Shown here one piece after another: positions 24,251 through 33,791 of a stretch of DNA of 33,791 bases. The stretch's first letter is position 1, and the number at the start of each line of letters is the position of its first letter. This DNA comes from Betaproteobacteria bacterium. Lineage in GTDB: Bacteria; Pseudomonadota; Gammaproteobacteria; Burkholderiales; Ga0077523. The translations under genes were made by a program, and so were the position numbers. The stretch lies in contig JAYTTO010000054.1 of assembly GCA_043744975.1 (NCBI GenBank), forward strand, positions 1 to 33,791, given 5' to 3'. The notes beneath the pieces are model-generated. The model did no database searches and was not told the DNA's origin. It worked only from the letters and a program-made list of their open reading frames with translations.

Positions 24251-24280
24251 TTGCCGCCGGGCCGGCGCGCAAGCTACAGT
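24251..24280 (+). promoter_or_regulatory. Candidate sigma70-type promoter for exbB (TTGCCG-N18-TACAGT)
   Basis: The hexamers were read from the sequence. The predicted start is about 27 nt upstream of the exbB TTG, leaving GGAG as the RBS. It has the same TTGCCG-N18 layout as the candidate hppA promoter. Confidence 0.25.
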
Positions 24281-24313
24281 GCGAGGCTATCCCGTCTGAT
24301 TGGAGTCATCGAC

Positions 24314-24925
24314 TTGCTCGCCATCATCGAGGCTGCCGGCTGGCCGATCTGGCCCATCATCGCGGCTTCCATCGTCGCACTCGGCATCATCGGGGAGCGC
24401 GGCTGGTCGTTGCGATCCGGTGTCGTCACGCCGCCGGCCCTGCTGACCGGCGCCGTGCAGGAGTTCCGCGCCAACGGCGTCACGCAGGAATTGCTGGACC
24501 GGTTGGCGGCCGAATCCGCCCTCGGTCTGGTGTTCGCTGCCGGACTCCGCAACATCGGCAGCACCCGCGAGATCATGAAGGAATCGATCGAGGAGGCCGG
24601 GCGTGGTGCAGCGCGCGATCTCGAGCGGTTTCTCACCACCCTTGGAACCATCGCCACCATGGCGCCCTTGCTGGGTCTGCTCGGCACGATCATCGGCCTG
24701 ATCGAGATTTTCGGTTCGCAGGGTCCGAGCGGGATGGCGAATCCGGCGCAGCTCGCCCACGGGATCGCGATCGCCCTCTACAACGCGGCGTTCGGCATCA
24801 TCGTTGCGGTGCCCAGCCTCATTTTCTATCGTCACTTTCGCGACCGGGTGGAATCGCTGACCATCGAGATGGAATTGCAGGCGGTGAAGCTGGTGGAGGT
24901 TGTCCACGGAGATCGTCAGGGGTGA
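24314..24925 (+). CDS. exbB: MotA/TolQ/ExbB proton-channel family protein
   Basis: I infer a TTG start at 24314, 8 nt after GGAG, because there is no in-frame ATG near the conserved N-terminus. The N-terminus reads (M)LAIIEAAGWPIWPIIAASIVALGIIGERGW. The C-terminal block is TIATMAPLLGLLGTIIGLIEIF...ALYNAAFGIIVAVPSLIFY. Confidence 0.85.
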   Translation: MLAIIEAAGWPIWPIIAASIVALGIIGERGWSLRSGVVTPPALLTGAVQEFRANGVTQELLDRLAAESALGLVFAAGLRNIGSTREIMKESIEEAGRGAARDLERFLTTLGTIATMAPLLGLLGTIIGLIEIFGSQGPSGMANPAQLAHGIAIALYNAAFGIIVAVPSLIFYRHFRDRVESLTIEMELQAVKLVEVVHGDRQG

Positions 24926-24992
24926 GCCGGATGCCACGGATCCGGCCGGCAAGACTTGCCGCAGGAGCGACTTCGAGCCCTGGGACAAGCGC

Positions 24993-25415
24993 ATGAACTT
25001 TCGCCGTGGACGGGTCCGCGACGAACCGGACATCAACCTCGTCCCGTTCATCGACGTTCTGCTGGTGATCGTGATCTTCCTGGCCGTCACCACGACCTAT
25101 TCGCGGTATTCGGAACTGCAGATCAGCCTTCCCACCGCCGACGCCGCCAAAGCCACCGGGCGACCGGAACAGATCAACGTCGCCGTCACGGCCGCGGGCA
25201 CCTACATGGTGGGCCGGACCCCGATCAGCTACACCACCCCGGAGGGCTTCAGCAACGAACTGAAGCGCGCGGCCGGCACCAACGCGGATCCGATGCTGGT
25301 CATCAACGCCGATGGCCGCACCTCCCACCAGTCGGTGGTCCGGGTGCTGGAAGCCGCGCGACTCGCCGGATTCGGTCGCATCACGTTCGCGACGCAGAAC
25401 GCCGCCCAGAAATAG
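24993..25415 (+). CDS. exbD: Biopolymer transport protein ExbD/TolR
   Basis: MNFRRGRVRDEPDINLVPFIDVLLVIVIFLAV is the canonical ExbD N-terminus. The protein is 140 aa. Confidence 0.88.
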   Translation: MNFRRGRVRDEPDINLVPFIDVLLVIVIFLAVTTTYSRYSELQISLPTADAAKATGRPEQINVAVTAAGTYMVGRTPISYTTPEGFSNELKRAAGTNADPMLVINADGRTSHQSVVRVLEAARLAGFGRITFATQNAAQK

Positions 25416-25427
25416 CCCCACCGCGCA

Positions 25428-28400
25428 ATGCCGATGCTGCGGGTCACTGCGGACGTCCTGGAACGTAGCTTCGATGGCGCGACGCTGGCGCGCGGCGAAG
25501 ACTACGCCGATCGGGACCGGGTCCAGGGCATCGAGCGGCTCGACGCGGGAAGTCGTTTTCGCGCGCGCGTCCAGGGTAGCAAGGTCGAGCCGTACCTGGT
25601 CGAGGTCGTCCTCCGGCACACCTCTCTCGGCACGACGGCAAGCGGCACGTGCACGTGCCCGGCGCCCATCAACTGCAAGCATGCGGCGGCATTGGCCGCG
25701 CTCGTGCTCGAAACCGATCCCTCCGCCCCGGTCACTGTTCCGGCCGCTCCAGTCGACCCGGCGAACGGCCGTCCGGTCGCGCAACCGGCGCCGACGGCCG
25801 CCCTCCCGCTCGAGCTGACGCACTGGCTGGAGCAGGCGCGCGAGGCGACGCGGCAGACCGAAGACGACTACCCGCCCCAGGTCCACCATCGCCTGATCTA
25901 CCTGCTCGGCATCGATGGCGCGCCGCGGGCGCGGCTTGCCGTGGTGACACTCGCGCTGGCGCGGCGCCTCAAGACCGGCAGCTACGGCACGACCTCGCGC
26001 TGGAGCATCGACGGCATCGGAATGACGCGCCCCCCCACGTTCATCAGGCCGGCGGACCTGCACATCCTCGAGCAGCTCCTGTCGGCGCGCGAGTTCGGCC
26101 ATTCCGGACAATACCCGCTCGGCGGATTCGTCGGCGGCGGGCCGCTGCTGCGCACCATACTCGCCACCGGGCGGTGCCATTTCGGCGATGCCAACACGGC
26201 GGCACTGCGGCTGGGCGCACCGCGTGCGGCCCGCTTTGCCTGGCGTTTCGGAGACGACGGCGAACAGCATGTGGCGGTCACGACCAAGCCGCCCAGCACC
26301 CACGTGCTCCCCATGGCGCCGCCTTGGTACGTGGACACCGTATCGGGCGAATGCGGTCCGCTCGAGACCACCCTCGAACCGACACTCGCCGGGGTGATCG
26401 CCGGCGCGCCGACGATACGTCCCGAGCACGCCAGTGCCTTCCGCGCGGAACTCGAAGCCACCCACGGCACGCCGATACCGCTGCCGGCGGTACCGAAACA
26501 GACCGACGTGCGCGATGCCGTGCCGACGCCCGTACTGCGCTTCGAATCGTTCGAGGACCCCTATCGCTACCGCAATGCCCCCGATGCCTCGATCGACATC
26601 GCGGCGCTCGGCTTCGACTACCTCGGCGTGCGAGCCAACCGCGACAGCCCCGGGACGCTCACACGTTTCCAGGGTGGTCGCCTGTTGCGCATCCAGCGCA
26701 ATCACGCCGCCGAACAAGCCGCGCACCAGGCGCTGCGCAGCGCCGGGTTCGACAAGGTGATGAACGTGGTGCGCCAGTTTCCGCAGGGGGTGAAGCACGA
26801 CTACACCTTTCCGCGCGACCAGGATTGGATCGATTTCGTCGTCGGCACCCTGCCGCGCCTGCGCACCGAAGGCTGGAACATCGAGTTCGACGACAGCTTC
26901 CGGTTTCGCACGGCGCAGGGCGGCGAATGGAAGGCCCGGATCGAGCGCACCGACAACGACTGGTTCGATCTCGTGCTGGGCATCGACGTCGACGGCAAGC
27001 ACATCGACCTGCTCCCGATCCTGCTGACGGCGTTGCGCGAGCATCCCGAACTGGCGCACGCGGTCGCGCCGAGCGGGGCCGCGGCCGGATCGAACATGCT
27101 GGTGCGCCTCGACGACGGCCGCCTGCTGCCGGTGCCCATGGTCAAGGTCCACGCCCTGGTGAGAGTGCTCGACGAACTGCTCGAACGCGCTGCCGACGAT
27201 GGCTTGCGGGTCAATCGTCTCGACGCAATCCGGCTCACCGAGATCGAGCGCGCCGTGCCACTGACCTGGGGGCCGGATCAACGGCTGCGCGACGTCGCCC
27301 GGCAACTTGCCGACGGCAACGTCGCGGCGCGGCAACCGCCTTCGAGCTTCGGCGCGGTCCTGCGCAGCTACCAGGCCGAAGGGCTGGGCTGGCTCCAATT
27401 CCTGCGCGAGTTCGGCTTCGGCGGCATCCTCGCCGACGACATGGGACTGGGCAAGACCGTCCAGGCGCTCGCCCACATCGCCATCGAGAAAGCCGAAGGC
27501 CGCCTCGATCGCGCCGCGCTGATCGTTGCCCCGACCAGCGTCGTGCCCAACTGGCGGCGCGAGGCGCAACGCTTCGCCCCCGGATTGCGCGTGCACGTGT
27601 CGCACGGCCTGAAGCGGCGGGAGTCGTTCGCCGCCATGAACGGCGCCGACATCGTGCTCACCACCTATGCCCTGCTGCCGCGTGATCGCGAAGCCCTGTT
27701 GGCGCAGGAGTTCCACCTCGTGATCCTGGACGAGGCGCAGCAGATCAAGAATGCCCAGACCCAGGCTGCGAGAGTGGTAAGCGACCTGAAGGCACGGCAC
27801 CGCCTGTGCCTGACCGGCACGCCGCTGGAAAACCATCTGGGCGAACTGTGGTCGCTGTTCCATTTCCTGATGCCCGGATTCCTCGGTGACGCCGCGACGT
27901 TTCACCGGCTCTACCGGACGCCGATCGAGAAGCACGGCGACGTCCATCGCCGCGCCTCGCTATCGCGCCGGGTCCGGCCGTTCCTGCTGCGACGGACCAA
28001 GGAACAGGTGGCCACCGAGCTGCCGCCCCGGACCGAGATCGTGCGGCCGGTAGAACTGCTCGGCGCCCAGCGCGAGCTCTACGAAACGGTGCGTGTGTCG
28101 GTGAACGAACGGGTGCGGACAGAGATCGCGGCACGCGGTTTCGGACGGAGCCGGATCGTCGTGCTGGACGCGCTGCTCAAGCTGCGTCAGGTCTGCTGCG
28201 ACCCGTCGCTGCTCAAGCTCGAGAACACGGCGCGGGTGGAACAGTCGGCCAAGCTCGACGCCCTGCGCGACATGCTGCGGCAGCTACTGCCCGAAGGCCG
28301 GCGCGTGCTGGTCTTCTCGCAGTTCACCAGCATGCTGGCGATCATCGAGCGCGAAGTGACTGCCATGGGCATCCGCTACGTCAAGCTGACCGGCGAGACC

Positions 28401-28757
28401 CGTGACCGCGAGCAGCCGGTGAATACGTTCCAGGCCGGAGAAGTGCCGCTGTTCCTGATCAGCCTCAAGGCCGGTGGCACCGGCCTCAACCTGACCGCTG
28501 CCGACACGGTCATCCACTACGATCCCTGGTGGAATCCGGCAGTCGAGCGCCAGGCGACCGACCGTGCCCACCGCATCGGCCAGGACAAGCCGGTCTTCGT
28601 CTACAAGCTGATTGCGACCGGCAGCGTCGAGGAAAAGATCATGGCGATGCAGGCGGCCAAGGCGGCGCTCGCGGCCGACATCCTGGGCGACGGGACGGAG
28701 CCGGTTGCGCCGGTCGGCGCCGAGGACATCGCCGCACTGTTCGAACCGCTCGTCTGA
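25428..28757 (+). CDS. SWIM zinc-finger / SNF2-family helicase (bacterial SNF2-associated architecture)
   Basis: The SWIM motif is CTCPAPINCKH (CxCx5CxH). SNF2 motifs are ILADDMGLGKTVQ (I), LVILDEAQQIKN (II, DEAQ) and LTGTPLENHLGELWSLFHFLMPG (III). The helicase-C region reads LISLKAGGTGLNLTAADTVIHYDPWWNPAVERQATDRAHRIGQ. The gene starts 12 nt after the exbD stop and ends 14 nt before the lpxK start. Confidence 0.9.
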   Translation: MPMLRVTADVLERSFDGATLARGEDYADRDRVQGIERLDAGSRFRARVQGSKVEPYLVEVVLRHTSLGTTASGTCTCPAPINCKHAAALAALVLETDPSAPVTVPAAPVDPANGRPVAQPAPTAALPLELTHWLEQAREATRQTEDDYPPQVHHRLIYLLGIDGAPRARLAVVTLALARRLKTGSYGTTSRWSIDGIGMTRPPTFIRPADLHILEQLLSAREFGHSGQYPLGGFVGGGPLLRTILATGRCHFGDANTAALRLGAPRAARFAWRFGDDGEQHVAVTTKPPSTHVLPMAPPWYVDTVSGECGPLETTLEPTLAGVIAGAPTIRPEHASAFRAELEATHGTPIPLPAVPKQTDVRDAVPTPVLRFESFEDPYRYRNAPDASIDIAALGFDYLGVRANRDSPGTLTRFQGGRLLRIQRNHAAEQAAHQALRSAGFDKVMNVVRQFPQGVKHDYTFPRDQDWIDFVVGTLPRLRTEGWNIEFDDSFRFRTAQGGEWKARIERTDNDWFDLVLGIDVDGKHIDLLPILLTALREHPELAHAVAPSGAAAGSNMLVRLDDGRLLPVPMVKVHALVRVLDELLERAADDGLRVNRLDAIRLTEIERAVPLTWGPDQRLRDVARQLADGNVAARQPPSSFGAVLRSYQAEGLGWLQFLREFGFGGILADDMGLGKTVQALAHIAIEKAEGRLDRAALIVAPTSVVPNWRREAQRFAPGLRVHVSHGLKRRESFAAMNGADIVLTTYALLPRDREALLAQEFHLVILDEAQQIKNAQTQAARVVSDLKARHRLCLTGTPLENHLGELWSLFHFLMPGFLGDAATFHRLYRTPIEKHGDVHRRASLSRRVRPFLLRRTKEQVATELPPRTEIVRPVELLGAQRELYETVRVSVNERVRTEIAARGFGRSRIVVLDALLKLRQVCCDPSLLKLENTARVEQSAKLDALRDMLRQLLPEGRRVLVFSQFTSMLAIIEREVTAMGIRYVKLTGETRDREQPVNTFQAGEVPLFLISLKAGGTGLNLTAADTVIHYDPWWNPAVERQATDRAHRIGQDKPVFVYKLIATGSVEEKIMAMQAAKAALAADILGDGTEPVAPVGAEDIAALFEPLV

Positions 28758-28771
28758 CGGGCACCGGCAGC

Positions 28772-29767
28772 GTGCCCTCGACACCGGCCCACTGGACTCG
28801 CGTCGGACCCACCGCGCTCGCATTGTTGCCGCTGGCACTGCTGTTCGCCGCCATCACGGCATTGCGCCGGTCGCTGTTCCGCTCCGGACTGCTGCAAACG
28901 GTACGGCTGCGGGTTCCGGTCATCGTCGTCGGCAACATCACTGCCGGCGGAACCGGCAAGACACCGCTGGTCCTGTGGCTCGTCGCCCGGCTTGCGGTCA
29001 ACGGCTTCCGACCTGGCATCGTGACCCGCGGCTACGGCGCGGTCGACGCCGGTCCGGCAGAGGTGGCGCCATCGGGCGACCCCCGCGACCAGGGTGACGA
29101 GCCGGTCCTGCTGGCGCAACGCAGCGGCGTCCCGGTTTGGCGCGGGGCCGATCGCGTCGCAGCGGCGAACGCGCTGCTGGCCGCGAATCCCGGCTGCAAC
29201 GTGATCGTGAGCGACGACGGTCTGCAGCACTACCGGCTCGCTCGCGACATCGAGATCGCACTCGTCGACGGGGCAAGCGGATTCGGCAACGGACTGCTGA
29301 TGCCGGCGGGTCCGTTGCGCGAGCCGCCGAGTCGGCTGGCGCGCTGCGATTTCCTTGTCATCAAGGGCGCATCACGCACCGCGCTGCCGCTGCCCCGTCC
29401 CGCGGTTGCCATGAGTCTCGCACCCGGTCGATTCCGCAATCTGCTCGACCCAGCCACAACGGTTGACGCGGCCGCCTTCGGCCACCGGGTGCTGCATGCC
29501 GTGGCCGGCATCGGCCGGCCGCAGCAGTTCTTCGACACCCTCGCGGCGCTGGGCCTGCGGTTCGAACGGCATCCGTTTCCGGACCACCACGCCTACTCTG
29601 CCGTCGACTTCGCCTTTGCCGGCAGCGCCACGGTCGTGATGACGGAGAAGGATGCCGTAAAATGCGCGGCGTTCGCGACGATGAACTTCTGGGTGCTGCC
29701 GGTGGACGCGGTGCTGCCGGAGGGGTTCCTCGAGCGCGTACTGGAAAGGCTTCGCCATGGCTCTTGA
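28772..29767 (+). CDS. lpxK: Tetraacyldisaccharide 4'-kinase
   Basis: The start is GTG at 28772. The P-loop is [16 protein letters not shown], and DDGLQH and VMTEKDAVK are also present. The product is 331 aa. Confidence 0.9.
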   Translation: MPSTPAHWTRVGPTALALLPLALLFAAITALRRSLFRSGLLQTVRLRVPVIVVGNITAGGTGKTPLVLWLVARLAVNGFRPGIVTRGYGAVDAGPAEVAPSGDPRDQGDEPVLLAQRSGVPVWRGADRVAAANALLAANPGCNVIVSDDGLQHYRLARDIEIALVDGASGFGNGLLMPAGPLREPPSRLARCDFLVIKGASRTALPLPRPAVAMSLAPGRFRNLLDPATTVDAAAFGHRVLHAVAGIGRPQQFFDTLAALGLRFERHPFPDHHAYSAVDFAFAGSATVVMTEKDAVKCAAFATMNFWVLPVDAVLPEGFLERVLERLRHGS

Positions 29768-29960
29768 TCCCAAGCTGCTCGAACTGCTCGTCGACCCTCT
29801 CACCAAGGCGCCTCTGATCTACCACCGTGAAAAACAGGAACTGGTGTCGATCGAGAGCGCGCTCGCGTACCCGATCCGCGACGACATCCCGGTGATGCTC
29901 GAGGACGAGGCACGCTCCCTCACGCCGGAGGAACTCGACGGCTGGCGCAAGAAGCGTTGA
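29757..29960 (+). CDS. Trm112/YcaR (UPF0434) family protein
   Basis: [14 protein letters not shown]...[18 protein letters not shown] matches the YcaR pattern. The gene overlaps the lpxK 3' end by 11 nt and holds the conserved position between lpxK and kdsB. Confidence 0.8.
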   Translation: MALDPKLLELLVDPLTKAPLIYHREKQELVSIESALAYPIRDDIPVMLEDEARSLTPEELDGWRKKR

Positions 29961-29987
29961 GCCGTCCCGGCGCGCGCCGCTGACCGC

Positions 29988-30749
29988 ATGGGTTTCGTCG
30001 TCGTCATCCCGGCGCGGTTTGCTTCCACCCGGCTGCCGGGCAAGCCGCTCGCCGACGTCGGCGGCAAGCCGATGGTCGTGCGGGTTGCCGAACAGGCGGC
30101 CGCCAGCGGCGCCAGCGAGGTCTGGGTCGCGACCGACCACGCCGACGTCGCGGCGGCGGTCACCGCACACGGCATCGCCGTGCTGATGACCCGTGCGGAT
30201 CATCCCAACGGCACCGATCGGATCGCCGAGGTCGCCCGGCTGCGCGGGTGGAGCGATGACACCATCGTGGTCAACGTTCAGGGCGACGAGCCGCGCATCG
30301 CCCCCGAGCTGATCCGATCCGTGGCGGAACACCTGGCGGCGCACCCCGACGCGGCGATCGCCACGGCATGCCACCCGATCGGCAACGACGCCGATTTCTT
30401 CGATCCCAATGTCGTCAAGGTGGAACTCGACTATCGGGGTCACGCGCTGACCTTCAGCCGGGCACCGATCCCGTATGCGCGCGACGCGTTCGCGGCGGGC
30501 CGGACCCGGCCGCCCGGCCTGCCCGCGTTGCGCCACATCGGCATCTATGCCTACCGGGGCGGGTTCCTCGGCGCCTATTCCAGTCTCGAACCATCCACGA
30601 TCGAGCGCTTCGAAGCGCTGGAGCAGTTGCGCGCGCTGTGGCATGGCTACCGCATCGCGGTCATGGTGACCGACCATGCCCCGGAAACCGGGGTCGACAC
30701 GCCCGCTGACCTGGAGCGCGTGCGCGCGCTCTATCCGGCCGCGCCCTGA
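29988..30749 (+). CDS. kdsB: 3-deoxy-manno-octulosonate cytidylyltransferase (CMP-KDO synthetase)
   Basis: The translation contains [34 protein letters not shown] and HIGIYAYR. Confidence 0.95.
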   Translation: MGFVVVIPARFASTRLPGKPLADVGGKPMVVRVAEQAAASGASEVWVATDHADVAAAVTAHGIAVLMTRADHPNGTDRIAEVARLRGWSDDTIVVNVQGDEPRIAPELIRSVAEHLAAHPDAAIATACHPIGNDADFFDPNVVKVELDYRGHALTFSRAPIPYARDAFAAGRTRPPGLPALRHIGIYAYRGGFLGAYSSLEPSTIERFEALEQLRALWHGYRIAVMVTDHAPETGVDTPADLERVRALYPAAP

Positions 30750-31508
<759 letters not shown>

Positions 31509-31519
31509 GGCGGTGCAAC

Positions 31520-31536
31520 GCGGCGCGCAGCGCCGC
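31520..31536 (+). terminator. Short GC hairpin (GCGGCGC-GCA-GCGCCGC) between adk and the phosphofructokinase gene
   Basis: It has a 7-bp perfect stem and a 3-nt loop but no U-tract, so its function is uncertain. Confidence 0.2.
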
Positions 31537-31554
31537 ATGGCGGGAGAGGCGAGC

Positions 31555-32817
31555 ATGGCCAAACGCAATGTTTTCTACGCGCAGTCCGGCGGCGTGACCG
31601 CGGTGATCAATGCCAGCGCGTGCGGCGTGATCGAGACCGCGCGCAAGCACCACGGCCGCATCGGCAAGGTGCTGGCGGGCCGCAACGGCATCCTGGGCGC
31701 CCTGTCCGAAGACCTGATCGACACCTCGCATGAGTCGCCGGCGGCGATCCGCGCCTTGCGACACACGCCCGCGGGCGCCTTCGGTTCGGCGCGCTACAAG
31801 CTCGGCAAGCTCGAGGACAACCGGGCCCAGTACGAACGCCTTATCGACGTCTTCCGTGCGCACGACATCGGCTATTTCTTCTACAACGGTGGCGGCGACT
31901 CGGCCGATACCTGCCTCAAAGTCTCGCAGCTCTCGACCGCCCTGGGCTATCCGCTGCAGGCGATCCACGTGCCCAAGACCGTCGACAACGACCTGCCGTT
32001 CACCGACTGCTCGCCCGGCTTCGGATCGGTCGCCAAGTATGTCGCCACCTCGATCCGGGAAGCCGGCTTCGACGTCGCCTCGATGGCGAAGACCTCGACC
32101 AAGGTGTTCGTGCTCGAGGTGATGGGCCGCCATGCCGGCTGGATCACCGCGGCCTGCGGCCTGGCGGCCGAACGCGCCGGCGATGCGCCGCACATCCTCC
32201 TGTTTCCGGAGGTCGTGTTCGATCCGGAACGTTTCCTGGCCCGCGTCGACGAGACGGTCAGGCGCGCCGGTTATTGCGTTATCGCCGTGTCGGAGGGCGT
32301 CAAGGGCGCCGACGGGCGGTTCCTCGCCGAGTCGGGGTTGAAGGACGCGTTCGGCCATGCCCAGCTCGGCGGCGTCGCACCCGTGATCGCCAATCTCATC
32401 CGCGAACGTCTGCAGCTGAAGTTCCATTGGGCAGTCGCCGACTACCTTCAGCGGGCCGCCCGGCACATCGCCTCCAAGACGGATGTCGCGCAGGCCTATG
32501 CGGTCGGCAAGGCGGCCGTGGAGCTGGCGCTGGCGGGACACAACGCGGTCATGCCGACGATCGTGCGCGAGAGCTCCCGGCCGTACAAGTGGAGCATCGG
32601 CGTCACCGCCCTGGACCGCGTGGCCAACGTCGAGAAGAAGATGCCGCCGAACTTCATCACGGCGGACGGATTCCACATCACGACCCGCTGCCGCAACTAC
32701 CTCGCGCCGCTGATCGAGGGCGAGGACTATCCGCCGTTCCGCAACGGCATGCCCGACTACGTCCGGTTGAAACACCGGGCCGTGCGCAAGAAGCTTGAGA
32801 CGCCGTTCAACGTCTGA
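31555..32817 (+). CDS. pfp: 6-phosphofructokinase, probably pyrophosphate-dependent (PPi-PFK)
   Basis: ATG at 31555 follows GGGAGAGG. PFK blocks are FYAQSGGVTAVINAS, FFYNGGGDSADT, VPKTVDNDL and VMGRHAGW. The Lys in PKTVDND is at the position I recall as Lys in PPi enzymes and Gly in ATP enzymes. The gene lies next to hppA. Confidence 0.75.
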   Translation: MAKRNVFYAQSGGVTAVINASACGVIETARKHHGRIGKVLAGRNGILGALSEDLIDTSHESPAAIRALRHTPAGAFGSARYKLGKLEDNRAQYERLIDVFRAHDIGYFFYNGGGDSADTCLKVSQLSTALGYPLQAIHVPKTVDNDLPFTDCSPGFGSVAKYVATSIREAGFDVASMAKTSTKVFVLEVMGRHAGWITAACGLAAERAGDAPHILLFPEVVFDPERFLARVDETVRRAGYCVIAVSEGVKGADGRFLAESGLKDAFGHAQLGGVAPVIANLIRERLQLKFHWAVADYLQRAARHIASKTDVAQAYAVGKAAVELALAGHNAVMPTIVRESSRPYKWSIGVTALDRVANVEKKMPPNFITADGFHITTRCRNYLAPLIEGEDYPPFRNGMPDYVRLKHRAVRKKLETPFNV

Positions 32818-32888
32818 CGCAACCCCGCCGGGTCGTCGGATCCGGCAGGTCCGAAGTCCGGCGGCCGACCCCCGTGTGTCGATTCGGG

Positions 32889-32918
32889 TTGCCGCAGGCG
32901 AAATTTTCCCGCTAGAAT
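32889..32918 (+). promoter_or_regulatory. Candidate sigma70-type promoter for hppA (TTGCCG-N18-TAGAAT)
   Basis: The hexamers were read from the sequence. The spacer contains an AAATTTT tract. Use of this promoter would give a leader of about 220 nt. Confidence 0.35.
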
Positions 32919-33147
32919 ATCAGGTTGTTAACGGCAGCCGCAGGCTGTGCCGTGCATCGACCCGCGTGTCGTCAGGTACGCTGAGCATGGGGCACGGCAG
33001 ACAGCTACGCCGTGCGATGCGCCGGCGGTCTCGGGGCATGCGCAGAACGCTTCATCCCGAAGTCGGTTCTCTCCCGGGGCTCCCGCTCCGAGCGGTACCG
33101 GCGTTCGGTTTCCGTCAGTCGTCAATCAATCAGGTTATGGGGGAGTC

Positions 33148-33791
33148 ATGGCTTCAGGTTTGATCATCGCGCTCGTGTGCGCCGGTGTGGCACTCGCATA
33201 TGGCGGCGTCTCGATCCAGTGGATCCTGGCGCAGCCGACCGGCAATGACCGCATGCGCGAAATCGCGGCGGCCATCCAGCAGGGCGCGCAGGCCTACCTC
33301 AATCGCCAATACGCGACCATCGGCATCGTCGGTGCCGTCATGTTCGTTTTACTCGGCATCGCCCTCGACTGGCCCACGGCCTTCGGTTTCCTGATCGGTG
33401 CAGTGCTCTCCGGTCTGGCTGGCTACATCGGCATGAACGTGTCGGTGCGCGCCAACGTCCGCACCGCCGAAGCCGCCAACCACGGCCTGAATGCCGCGCT
33501 TGCGGTGGCGTTCCGCGGCGGCGCCATCACCGGAATGCTGGTGGTGGGCCTCGGCCTGCTGGGTGTCGCCGGCTACTATGGCCTGCTCGCCAGCCTGATG
33601 GAGCAGGACCGCGCGCTGCACTCGATGATCGGCCTGGCCTTCGGCTCGTCGCTCATCTCGATCTTCGCCCGTCTCGGTGGCGGCATCTTCACCAAGGGCG
33701 CCGACGTCGGCGCCGACCTCGTCGGCAAGGTCGAAGCCGGCATCCCGGAAGACGACCCGCGCAACCCGGCGGTGATCGCCGACAACGTGGG
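33148..33791 (+). CDS. hppA: Membrane-bound proton-translocating pyrophosphatase, N-terminal part (3' end outside window)
   Basis: ATG at 33148 follows GGGGGAG. My own translation is [20 protein letters not shown]...[39 protein letters not shown], which carries the H+-PPase signature. The ORF is absent from the supplied track because it runs off the window end. Confidence 0.92.
   Translation, partial: MASGLIIALVCAGVALAYGGVSIQWILAQPTGNDRMREIAAAIQQGAQAYLNRQYATIGIVGAVMFVLLGIALDWPTAFGFLIGAVLSGLAGYIGMNVSVRANVRTAEAANHGLNAALAVAFRGGAITGMLVVGLGLLGVAGYYGLLASLMEQDRALHSMIGLAFGSSLISIFARLGGGIFTKGADVGADLVGKVEAGIPEDDPRNPAVIADNV

Noticed and set aside
24819-27947. A 1042-aa minus-strand ORF lies antisense to exbD and the SNF2 helicase.
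   Set aside because: The plus strand carries unmistakable ExbD and SNF2 motifs (GLGKT, DEAQ, helicase-C). The antisense translation is an R/G/A/P-rich artefact typical of high-GC DNA.
24314-28757. ExbB/ExbD plus the SNF2 helicase might be a bona fide Zorya-type defence system.
   Set aside because: ExbB (203 aa) and ExbD (140 aa) are canonical small proteins. They lack the long ZorA tail and the ZorB peptidoglycan-binding domain. There is no ZorC-like gene and no nuclease domain on the helicase. The exbBD-lpxK linkage is a conserved housekeeping arrangement. I kept this only as an analogy in the findings.
29757-29960. The Trm112/YcaR-like protein lacks the Cys pair seen in E. coli YcaR ([10 protein letters not shown] instead of a CPxC-type motif).
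   Set aside because: To my knowledge, many bacterial members of this family lack zinc-binding cysteines. The position between lpxK and kdsB is canonical, so this is probably not functionally remarkable.

Overview
This is a very GC-rich, gene-dense chromosomal segment with about 36 protein genes on both strands. I saw no rRNA, tRNA, CRISPR array, transposase or integrase. Gene content and order look like core genome of a betaproteobacterium of the Rhodocyclales/Burkholderiales type; that placement is an inference from synteny, for example xseA divergent from exbB-exbD-lpxK-trm112-kdsB-adk. Recognisable genes are aroG (partial), ilvD with a divergent LysR regulator, tsaE-amiC, pntAA-pntAB-pntB, mutL-miaA, xseA, exbB-exbD, lpxK, kdsB, adk, a probable PPi-type phosphofructokinase and the start of an H+-pyrophosphatase (hppA). 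Five things stand out. (1) A 1075-aa membrane protein (12343-15570, minus strand) joins a small winged-helix-like head, about 560 residues of E/R/A/K-rich charged helix with in-frame 72-nt tandem repeats, one TM helix and an AsmA-like periplasmic tail. (2) A 1109-aa SWIM/SNF2 helicase is packed tightly between exbD and lpxK. (3) A pair of inverted DnaA-box-like sequences lies beside an AT-rich island in the unusually long xseA/exbB spacer. (4) A REP/BIME-like repeat family built on CCCCCCATTGGGGGG-TGCCGACCAAAGGAAGGCTGGGGG occupies three 3' intergenic regions, with a 45-nt exact match between two loci 21 kb apart. (5) The leader upstream of hppA is about 220 nt long and can form mutually exclusive pairings. 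Many long ORFs in the six-frame track are alternate-frame or antisense artefacts of the high GC content, and I rejected them. All functional calls come from reading motifs in the translations; no database search was possible.
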